A DNA stretch of 32,000 bases. Source: Candidatus Saccharimonadota bacterium. GTDB taxonomy: Bacteria; Patescibacteriota; Gracilibacteria; UBA4473. Below are positions 25,381 through 32,000 of the stretch, in pieces. The notes under the pieces were generated by a model, which had not been told where the DNA came from, searched no databases, and saw only the letters and a list, made by a program, of their open reading frames with translations. A program made the position numbers and the translations under genes. The stretch is from positions 900,001-932,000 of the forward strand of contig OY781871.1 in the NCBI GenBank assembly GCA_963677105.1. The letters run 5' to 3'. Positions within the stretch are counted from its first letter, which is position 1. Every line of letters begins with the position of its first letter.

Positions 25381-27429
25381 TTACTTCTTTTGTTTTTTCA
25401 TCAATTCTTCTGGATCGGTAGTGATAATTTGATCTTCTTCAGGAGAAGCAACAATTTGAATTGCTACATGTTGGTTTCCAGCGAAAAATAATCCTTGTCC
25501 AATTTTTGAATTTAATAACAGAGAAGTTTCTTGTTCGGTGAGATCAAATACTTTCTTTAGTCGTTCAGTAGCAACGGGAGCTTGTCGCAATAAAAGTTGT
25601 AATGACGAGTTGGTAATAATTGGTTTTCCCCATGGAGAATCCAAGAAATCTTCCACATCCTGTGTAATAGTTGTTACTCCAAGATAATATTTACGAGCAC
25701 GTTTCACGAGTCCATGAAGGAATCGTCCAGAATCTTCGTGTTGAACAATATTCCAAGCCTCATCAACGATGAGAAGTCGACGTTTTAGTTCTGATCGCAC
25801 TTTATTCCAAATAAAATTCAAAAGAATATACATTGAGATTGGACGAAGTTGGTCTTCTAGGTCTCGAATACAAAACGTTACGAGTCCAGATTCAAGATTT
25901 ACATTTGTTTGATCAGAGAAAAGTCCAGAAAAAGTTCCTTCGGTAAATCGTTCTAGTCGTACCGCAAGTTCGTTTCCACCTTCGAGAGATTCTAAAACAT
26001 TTTTCAAATCTTTCATTGTTGGCATTTCCAACTCATGAGGTTTTTCTGTATCAGGTGTAATTCCTTTCAATTCATATGATTGTAAAATTGCACGATCCAT
26101 AAGTCCTTGTTCGATCGGAGATAACGTTCCAAGCATCAAATTCATCAATCCAGATAAATTAATCGCCGCTTCACGAAGTGATTCTCCAGGTTTTTCTTCT
26201 TTTGAAAATGTAGCGGGAAGATCGAAAGGATTAATTCGTTGATCTGAATTCAATGAAATATTGATATACGTTCCACCAATTGTTTTTGTCAGAGTTTCAT
26301 ACTCATTTTCAGGATCAAGAATAATTACATCCGTTCCCATCATAATTGAACGTAATGCATCCAGTTTCACCGCGTACGATTTACCAGCACCAGATTTCGC
26401 AAACACAACTTGGTTTGCATTTTCCATTTTAAATCTATCAAAAATGATTAACGAATTATTGTGTCGATTCAGTCCGTACATAATTCCTTCATCCGAAGTA
26501 AGATCACAAGAAACAAAGGGAAAAGTCGAAGAAAGGGGAGCGGTATTCATGTTTTGTACCACATCAAGCATGTCAGTTGCTTGCGGTAAGGTTGATTCAA
26601 ACGCACGTTCTGTTTGAAAATCTCCAGAACGAACCATCACCATCTGACTTCCGAGCAAAGTTTCAAGTTGTTTGCAAACGGTATCTAATTTTTCAGGATC
26701 CTCAGCATATACAGTGAAATAAAGTCCAACTTGGAAAAATCGTTCTTCTCCACGTTGTAAATCAACACGTAATTGTTCTGCGTCTTCAAGAGCTGTATCG
26801 AGTGCAGTATCGTTAATTGATCCGCGTTTAGAATTAATACTTTTAGTAGAAAGCATTTCTGCTACTTTCTTTCGCAATATTTTTAGCATTTTGTCTGATT
26901 TTGTTGGATATATAAACATTGAAATATCCATCGTTACATCAAAATTTATGATTGGGTTCAGCCAGTTTGCATCGAGAAATCGAGGATAATTAAATACAAA
27001 AAAGCTTTTTGTATATACGCCATTCAATTTAAATTCTTTTGATTTTATCTCTACAGAAGTTGGTGCCACAAGATCTTTTATTGATGAAATTCCATGTTGA
27101 TAGACTTTTTCTGCAGCAATAATTTGGCTTCTCATTTTTTTCGTAAGCTTTTTCTTGTCTTTTTTCGGATCAAAAGATTCAAAGAGATTTCTTACTTCAT
27201 CACTATCTTCAATGATTGTTGCAACACTTGGATCTTCTGGCGCTTCTTCAATTGTACTTTCTTTTCCTTCAGTTTTTGTTTTTGATGCATTTTTTGCGGC
27301 AATTGCTTTGTTTTTTTCAACATGAGCTTGCCATTTTCCTTTCAGTTTTTCGAGCACTCCATGTTCAGGAGTACCTTTTGTTTCTGTATTTTCAAACGTA
27401 ATTTTTCCGGTTGTTTGTTTGTCTGGCAT
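25381..27429 (-). CDS. VirB4/TraC/TrsE-like (DUF87-type) type IV secretion ATPase
   Basis: Walker A FAKSGAGKSY and Walker B RRLLIVDEAW. The N-terminal domain has the FFVFNYPRFLDANWLNPIINFDVTMDISMFIYP pattern seen in Gram-positive VirB4 homologues (PrgJ/TrsE type). The start is set at MPDKQ (27429) because ATG 27474 lies upstream of the predicted -10 box. Confidence 0.8.
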   Translation of the reverse strand: MPDKQTTGKITFENTETKGTPEHGVLEKLKGKWQAHVEKNKAIAAKNASKTKTEGKESTIEEAPEDPSVATIIEDSDEVRNLFESFDPKKDKKKLTKKMRSQIIAAEKVYQHGISSIKDLVAPTSVEIKSKEFKLNGVYTKSFFVFNYPRFLDANWLNPIINFDVTMDISMFIYPTKSDKMLKILRKKVAEMLSTKSINSKRGSINDTALDTALEDAEQLRVDLQRGEERFFQVGLYFTVYAEDPEKLDTVCKQLETLLGSQMVMVRSGDFQTERAFESTLPQATDMLDVVQNMNTAPLSSTFPFVSCDLTSDEGIMYGLNRHNNSLIIFDRFKMENANQVVFAKSGAGKSYAVKLDALRSIMMGTDVIILDPENEYETLTKTIGGTYINISLNSDQRINPFDLPATFSKEEKPGESLREAAINLSGLMNLMLGTLSPIEQGLMDRAILQSYELKGITPDTEKPHELEMPTMKDLKNVLESLEGGNELAVRLERFTEGTFSGLFSDQTNVNLESGLVTFCIRDLEDQLRPISMYILLNFIWNKVRSELKRRLLIVDEAWNIVQHEDSGRFLHGLVKRARKYYLGVTTITQDVEDFLDSPWGKPIITNSSLQLLLRQAPVATERLKKVFDLTEQETSLLLNSKIGQGLFFAGNQHVAIQIVASPEEDQIITTDPEELMKKQKK

Positions 27430-27453
27430 TTTTAAGTGATCAGCAATCTGTGA

Positions 27454-27482
27454 ATTATACCTTAAAACAGGCAATAAATCAA
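27454..27482 (-). promoter_or_regulatory. near-consensus sigma70 promoter for the VirB4-like gene
   Basis: On the minus strand: TTGATT (27482-27477), 17-nt spacer, TATAAT (27459-27454), 24 nt upstream of ATG 27429. Confidence 0.6.
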
Positions 27483-27539
27483 CTAAAATCCCCTAAAGTT
27501 TAAACTATAATCATCACTTTTGAAATTATAAATTGAGGT

Positions 27540-27899
27540 ACAAAAAAGCATGTCCGGTTTTTCACATCGTAGAGAGGTGACGAACATGCTTATATTTGGC
27601 TCCCATACAGTCCCCGTTAGATATTTTTAAGAGTGTCTAACGCACTCAGTTTATGTGTTTTTGTTTTAGTTGAATTTTTCTCTTTTGTTTGTGAAAGGGA
27701 AAAACAGGTTTTTTCTATAGAGATAGAAGTTCTCTGTCTTTCACTCGGAGTTTCAATTGCTTGAAACGGGGAGAGGAAGGCAGGGAGCTAGTCCGACTTC
27801 GATCTCCTACTGTTTTTTCAAAATTAATAAATTTGGGTGTCGGGAGTTCAAATTCGGGCGAATCACTGCCTTCTTTGGGATGATGTTGTCGAAGAACGA
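27540..27899. ncRNA. candidate structured non-coding RNA locus of unknown class; possibly convergent overlapping transcripts
   Basis: No credible ORF. The region contains a compound hairpin at 27546-27591, a hairpin at 27631-27647, a three-way junction at 27691-27744, a perfect 7-bp hairpin at 27750-27767 and a GC-rich hairpin at 27770-27807. A promoter-like element and a T-tract terminator are present on each strand. The strand is unresolved. Confidence 0.4.
27770..27818 (+). terminator. plus-strand intrinsic terminator with no upstream plus-strand gene
   Basis: GGAGA (27770-27774) pairs with TCTCC (27803-27807), GAAG (27776-27779) with CTTC (27797-27800), and inner GG(G) with (T)CC. TAC-TGTTTTTT follows (T-run 27813-27818). 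Confidence 0.55.
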
Positions 27900-27905
27900 A
27901 AAGAC

Positions 27906-27934
27906 ATTATACCCCAGATTTCGAAAAAAAACAA
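27906..27934 (-). promoter_or_regulatory. orphan minus-strand sigma70-like promoter pointing into the non-coding region
   Basis: On the minus strand: TTGTTT (27934-27929), 17-nt spacer, TATAAT (27911-27906). The next minus-strand signal is the hairpin at 27591-27546 followed by TTTTTT. Confidence 0.45.
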
Positions 27935-27975
27935 GAGCGAAATTGACTTTTTGCGTTAAATTGTTTAAACGTAAC

Positions 27976-29100
27976 ATGATGGAACGAAAAGAGGGGATTT
28001 CATTTTACAGGAATATAGATGGACTGGGAGTTATTCAGTCTTTGGCACAATCAGTGGTAGATTCAGTAAAACGAATTATTTCTCCTCCAGAGGAAGAAAT
28101 AACAAATGCCTCAAAGGAAGTGCTGGAGAATGCGATTGAAAAATTAAAATTAGAACTTACAGCGAGTGAATATAAAGAATTACTTCATGTTATTGAAGAT
28201 ACGTATTTAAGCGATTCAAACGGTGAAATAGACATTTCAGAATTGATGAAAAATAAGATTCTTATCAATGTTCATTTTTGGGTGCAGGTTTTGCGTGATA
28301 AAAAACTTGGATCACTGGGAAGAAAATTAAAACCGTTTGATGTGGAGGAAATAGCACAAGAACCACTTGAAAATAATACGGCAGAATGGATTATTGAAAA
28401 TAGAATAGAAAATTTACCAGAATTAGAAAAACAATTTCTTCAGTGGGCGGAAGACAATAATATTCGAGAATTACTAGAAAAAGGTTCATTGCAAATAATT
28501 ACAAATCATGATCAATGGGCGACACAACAATTATCTCTTTACTTTTTTCAAAAATATTTAGGAATTCCAAAAGAAAAATCAATGACAATTATGGGACTTC
28601 GAATTGCAGCTTTCAAAAAGTTTGAATTTGATCCAGAAGAAATTGCTCGTGGGCAAGGACATGTGTATAGAACAATTCCTCCAACGAAAAATGGAAGACA
28701 TGAGTCGTTTGATTCAACATTAATTGGAAGTATGGGATTGTCTTATTTGAGAAAGTTTACTGAATTTTTAAAGACAAAGGGAAATATTTCCACGATGGCT
28801 CCAACCGGAACACGTGATAAATTTCGACAAAGAGAAGGAAATAATCGTGATATTTGTCCTGCGCATATAAGTGATCAGGTAGTGAAACTTTTAGAAAAGA
28901 TTCAATCGAAAACAACTATTATTCCTCTAGCGTTTAATCATGGAAATGGATTTCATTTAGAAAGAACACATGAAAAATTTCGAGTTGACTTGGAATGGGG
29001 TTCACCAATTGAACAAGGAGGAAAACTTTCTGGAGAAGAAATTTGGCAAAAAGTATTGGATATTATTCCCAATTACGATTCATCGCTTTTGAAAGATTAA
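27976..29100 (+). CDS. hypothetical protein (375 aa); faint glycerolipid-acyltransferase-like blocks
   Basis: Good coding composition starts at MMERKEG (27976). The ORF-track start at 27757 adds 73 residues rich in R/G/F/C that overlap the hairpin region. MAPTGTRDK and TTIIPLAF resemble acyltransferase blocks III and IV, but the HX4D block is not intact (NHDQWAT). Confidence 0.6.
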   Translation: MMERKEGISFYRNIDGLGVIQSLAQSVVDSVKRIISPPEEEITNASKEVLENAIEKLKLELTASEYKELLHVIEDTYLSDSNGEIDISELMKNKILINVHFWVQVLRDKKLGSLGRKLKPFDVEEIAQEPLENNTAEWIIENRIENLPELEKQFLQWAEDNNIRELLEKGSLQIITNHDQWATQQLSLYFFQKYLGIPKEKSMTIMGLRIAAFKKFEFDPEEIARGQGHVYRTIPPTKNGRHESFDSTLIGSMGLSYLRKFTEFLKTKGNISTMAPTGTRDKFRQREGNNRDICPAHISDQVVKLLEKIQSKTTIIPLAFNHGNGFHLERTHEKFRVDLEWGSPIEQGGKLSGEEIWQKVLDIIPNYDSSLLKD

Positions 29101-29810
29101 CCAATCATATTGATAATATTTCTCAATAATGCGCGGTTATATCCGTAATTCATTCGCATTGGTCCAAGAATCCCAATGTGTCCTCGCACTCCATTTTTAT
29201 CAAATCGTAAAACAAGCATGGCGCAACTTTGTACTTCTTCGAATAAGTTTTCATTTCCAATGAATATTTTTACCTCATTAAGGTTCAAGTCCAGTGATCC
29301 GAGCATTTCTTGGAATTTTTCTCGACGCTCAAATACTTCTACAATTTGCGCTCCGCGTTCTGGTTGTGCCATGAATTCAGGACTTCGTAACACTTTTGAC
29401 AAACCTAAATACAGAGATTGATCGTTTTCAATTGAAGTAAAAGCGACGTTCCCGGAGAGGTGAGAACAGAGTTTAATCATATCAAACAATGATTCACGGA
29501 TTTTTTCCAAATGGTATTCTTGAATATGTTTTGCAAACAGTTCTTGAATTTTTCGTTCTTCTTCTGCGTCTTCTTTTAGCAATTGATCAACAAAAAATCG
29601 ATATCCTTTTTCTGTTGGAACTTTTCCTGCACTTACGTGTGGAGATTCGATGAATCCAATTTCTTCCAGCAAAGCGAACTCATTTCGTACCGTTGCAGAA
29701 GAAACACTGAATTTTCCGGACTGAAGAAGTTTTTTACTAGCAACAGGCGTTGCAGACTCTACAAAGTCATCAATAAGTGCAGCGAGAATGCGAAGAGTTC
29801 GTTCTTTCAT
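29097..29810 (-). CDS. hrcA: heat-inducible transcription repressor HrcA (short form)
   Basis: N-terminal winged HTH MKERTLRILAALIDDFVESATPVASKKL...SSATVRNEFALLEE.GFI..PH.SAG.VPT.KGYR and C-terminal GHIGILGPMRMNYGYN. The start is set at 29810 (238 aa); the track start at 29936 adds 42 atypical residues. The stop shares TTAA with the convergent gene. Confidence 0.8.
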   Translation of the reverse strand: MKERTLRILAALIDDFVESATPVASKKLLQSGKFSVSSATVRNEFALLEEIGFIESPHVSAGKVPTEKGYRFFVDQLLKEDAEEERKIQELFAKHIQEYHLEKIRESLFDMIKLCSHLSGNVAFTSIENDQSLYLGLSKVLRSPEFMAQPERGAQIVEVFERREKFQEMLGSLDLNLNEVKIFIGNENLFEEVQSCAMLVLRFDKNGVRGHIGILGPMRMNYGYNRALLRNIINMIG

Positions 29811-30028
29811 CGTTGGCAGAGTGCCATGGAGAGTGATAAAAGTCAACGTCAGAATTTCTTTCATACATTCGGTAGCTCGCTTATCGCGAACGACCTGCTG
29901 TATTTCAGAATTCTTCCTTTTCAAATCAAAACACATTTTATCTCGTGTTTTAGGAATTTTGATTTGGTCTATTCTGCGAGAGTTATTACAAAAGGCGTAT
30001 TACTACGTGAGGGATAATTATAAACTAG

Positions 30029-30049
30029 ATTCTGAAATAAATTCAGAAT
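30029..30049. promoter_or_regulatory. perfect palindrome between divergent hrcA and priA (candidate operator)
   Basis: ATTCTGAA (30029-30036), 5-nt spacer, TTCAGAAT (30042-30049). It overlaps the -35 region (ATGACA 30048-30053) of the priA promoter (TACACT 30071-76). It also sits just upstream of a minus-strand TATAAT (30022-30017). Confidence 0.4.
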
Positions 30050-30084
30050 GACAGAGCGTCATTCTTGTTCTACACTGCGCACGA

Positions 30085-32000
30085 ATGATCTACGCTCAAA
30101 TATACCTCCGAAGCGTACGCGATACGTACACGTGGCACAGTGAAAATCCTGTGCGTCTAGGAGCGCGTGTTTCATTGAAATTTCGAGGACGACCACGAAC
30201 GGGGATTGTTATTTCCATTTCAGAGAAAAAACCAGAGTTCAAAACACAACCGATTGATGAAATTTGGGATGAACAATTCATTCCAGAAACATGGATAAAA
30301 TTAGCTCACTGGATTGCTGAGCAAAACTTTACCAACATTTCAAATGTGATGAGCTTGGTGATTCCTGAGAAATTTCTTCTCCAACGAGATCCTGTTGCAC
30401 GTGAGAAGTTTTGGAGTTTAACCGGAAATGAGTTTGAGAAATTGAGAGGAGTGAAACAAAAATTAGTGATTGAGCGATTGCTTCAATCAGAGGCGACAGA
30501 TTCGGAATTGCGTGAGTTGGCAAGTCCAACTGTTTTAAAAAATTTAGCAGAAAAAGAGATTATAACCTTTCGTCTTGGAGAAATTGTTCCAGCTGCGCAG
30601 CCTGATTTTACGCGTCCGACACATAATTTATCTCTTGCACAACAAGAAATATTTGAGAACATTTCTAAATCAAAAAAGCCGTGTTTGCTCTGGGGAGTTA
30701 CGGGTTCTGGAAAAACAGAAATTTATAAAAAGTTGGCGGAAAAAGTTATTTCTGCCGGAAAACAAGTACTTATTTTATTGCCAGAAATTGCACTGACGCC
30801 ACAACTTATTGCAGAATTTCGTTCAGTTGGTTCGGTTGCCGTTTGGCACTCAAAACTCTCAGAAGGAGAACGAGTTCAAGAATGGGCAAGATGTGCTTCT
30901 GGAGAAGCTCAGATTTTAATTGGAGCGAGAAGTGCAGCCTTGATTCCGTTGCCAAATGTAAAGCTTATTGTTTTGGACGAAGAACATGAATGGACGTTTA
31001 AATCAGAAACAGCACCACGATTGTGGACACATGATGTAGCAGAATGGCTGAGTTTTATGTTACAAACAAAACTTGTATTTGGTTCAGCAACACCGCGATT
31101 AGAAAGTTGGATGCGTTGTGAAAAAGGGGAGTGGAATCGTTGTGATTTGAGGGAACGAGTAAACGAAACAGAATTACCCAAGATTCAGTTTGTCGATATG
31201 AGAAATGAAGTGAAATTTGGGAATTATGGACCGATTTCTTCTTATTTAGCAGAAGCCATTGGAGAAACCGTTGACGCTGGAAAACAAGTAGTTTTATTTC
31301 TCAATCGTCGAGGATTTTCGGGGTCTACAACGTGTCGTATGTGTGGAGAAACCCATAATTGTCCGTACTGTGATGTTCCCATGAAATTGCATAGAAATGG
31401 AGCAAATTCACGAATGATCTGTCATGTATGTGGACATTTAGCGCCGTTTACAGATCGATGTCCAAATTGCGATGCAGAAGATTTTGTATTTCGTGGATGG
31501 GGAACACAACAAGTAGAACACGAATTGAAAGAAAATTTTCCAGGACTTCGTGTGCTGCGCGCGGATGCAGATTCAGTAGGAGGAAAACACGATTTTCGAA
31601 AGCTCTGCGATAGGTTTTCTGCGCATGAAGCAGATGTTCTTTTGGGAACACAAATGGTGGCGAAAGGATTAGATTTTGAAAAAGTAGCACTCGTTGGAGT
31701 TATTCTCGCAGATGTTGGATTATCGCTTCCTGATTTTCGTTCAGAAGAACGAGCGTTTCAGTTACTAACACAAGTTTCTGGACGCGCTGGAAGAAGAAAA
31801 ACGCAGGGAAATATTCTCATTCAAACTTTTAAACCAGATGAAAAAGTATTCTCGTTCGTAAAAAAACACGACACGGGAGGATTTCTCGATTGGCAAAAAA
31901 CAGCCCGTTCTTCCACAGGATTGCCTCCGTTTGGAGCGATTGCGAAAATAGGATTTTCAAATGAAGATAAAAAAGTTTCGTTCCAATTGGCACAAGATCT
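30085..32000 (+). CDS. priA: primosomal protein N' (replication restart helicase PriA), 3' end beyond the window
   Basis: Frame 1 is open from ATG 30085 to the window edge; it is not in the ORF track because there is no stop inside the window. Walker A GVTGSGKTE, LDEEH box, Cys-rich zinc region CRMCGETHNCPYC...CHVCGH...CPNC, and motif VI QVSGRAGR. Confidence 0.9.
   Translation, partial: MIYAQIYLRSVRDTYTWHSENPVRLGARVSLKFRGRPRTGIVISISEKKPEFKTQPIDEIWDEQFIPETWIKLAHWIAEQNFTNISNVMSLVIPEKFLLQRDPVAREKFWSLTGNEFEKLRGVKQKLVIERLLQSEATDSELRELASPTVLKNLAEKEIITFRLGEIVPAAQPDFTRPTHNLSLAQQEIFENISKSKKPCLLWGVTGSGKTEIYKKLAEKVISAGKQVLILLPEIALTPQLIAEFRSVGSVAVWHSKLSEGERVQEWARCASGEAQILIGARSAALIPLPNVKLIVLDEEHEWTFKSETAPRLWTHDVAEWLSFMLQTKLVFGSATPRLESWMRCEKGEWNRCDLRERVNETELPKIQFVDMRNEVKFGNYGPISSYLAEAIGETVDAGKQVVLFLNRRGFSGSTTCRMCGETHNCPYCDVPMKLHRNGANSRMICHVCGHLAPFTDRCPNCDAEDFVFRGWGTQQVEHELKENFPGLRVLRADADSVGGKHDFRKLCDRFSAHEADVLLGTQMVAKGLDFEKVALVGVILADVGLSLPDFRSEERAFQLLTQVSGRAGRRKTQGNILIQTFKPDEKVFSFVKKHDTGGFLDWQKTARSSTGLPPFGAIAKIGFSNEDKKVSFQLAQD

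Noticed and set aside
27631-27647. GAGTG-TCTAACG-CACTC looked reminiscent of the HrcA CIRCE operator arms.
   Set aside because: CIRCE is TTAGCACTC-N9-GAGTGCTAA. Here the arm order is inverted, the spacer is 7 nt and the TTAG/CTAA ends are missing. I treat it as an ordinary hairpin.
27540-27899. Identity of the structured region as RNase P RNA, tmRNA, SRP RNA or a T-box.
   Set aside because: There is no GAGGAAAGTCC / ACAGAA..GGCTTA pair for RNase P P4; GAAGTCGGAC is only a loose resemblance. There is no GGGG...TTCGAC 5' end paired to a T-arm/ACCA 3' end for tmRNA. There is no GGAA-tetraloop with AGCA symmetric-loop motif for SRP. There is no T-box sequence and no downstream aaRS. The class is left unknown.
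27757-27975. N-terminal 73 codons of ORF-track entry 27757..29100.
   Set aside because: The composition is odd (MLETGRGRQGASPTSISYCFFKINKFGCREFKFGR...). This stretch overlaps the hairpin, terminator and promoter signals. Coding-like sequence begins only at MMERKEG (27976).
24617-29100. Calling the tRNA-Val-proximal block a mobile element (ICE or prophage).
   Set aside because: I found no integrase, relaxase, coupling protein, phage genes or duplicated tRNA 3' end. It is reported only as a finding, not annotated as a mobile_element.
30085-32000. A 1.9-kb stretch with only short ORFs in the supplied track. I first suspected stop-codon recoding (UGA sense codons as in some CPR lineages) or a pseudogene.
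   Set aside because: Frame 1 is uninterrupted from ATG 30085 to the window edge and encodes a normal PriA. The track lists only ORFs closed by a stop inside the window. TGA also acts as a genuine stop elsewhere (450-452, 1950-1952).

Overview
AT-rich (by eye roughly one-third G+C), gene-dense bacterial chromosome segment that reads cleanly in the standard code (TGA is a stop, e.g. 450-452). I call 31 protein genes and 3 tRNAs (Asp-GTC, Ser-TGA, Val-TAC, all with encoded CCA). Two of the genes run off the window ends and are missing from the ORF track: the leuS 3' end (1-161) and the priA 5' part (30085-32000). Most content is housekeeping: leuS, hisS, glyQS, trpS, recR, priA, hrcA, a UvrD-type helicase fused to a PD-(D/E)XK nuclease, a MATE pump, sortase, GT2, NAD-epimerase, LOG, a SpoT-type HD hydrolase and a TrmB regulator. 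There are no rRNA genes, CRISPR arrays, transposases or integrases. Small genes, no Shine-Dalgarno sequences and many unknown membrane or surface proteins fit a reduced-genome, CPR/Patescibacteria-like organism; this is inference only. Several ORF-track starts look over-extended, and I give shorter starts for the YtxH-like, HD, LOG, VirB4-like, hrcA and 27976 genes. Observations worth a second look: (1) a ~545-bp hairpin-rich non-coding gap (27430-27975) next to an orphan VirB4-like ATPase, with promoter/terminator pairs on both strands that no gene explains, making it a candidate structured or antisense RNA locus of unknown class; (2) the tRNA-Val-proximal block of DUF5320, DUF134, VirB4-like ATPase and an unknown 375-aa protein; (3) a near-perfect 99-bp in-frame tandem array encoding a 4-Cys module at the C-terminus of a 729-aa membrane protein; (4) a dispersed family of 3'-intergenic elements built from 7-nt phased CAAANNN arrays and their inverted copies; (5) -10-like hexamers 5-8 nt upstream of many ATGs with no SD, suggesting widespread leaderless mRNAs; (6) a 14/15-nt GC-rich direct repeat bracketing the single gene between tRNA-Ser and tRNA-Val.
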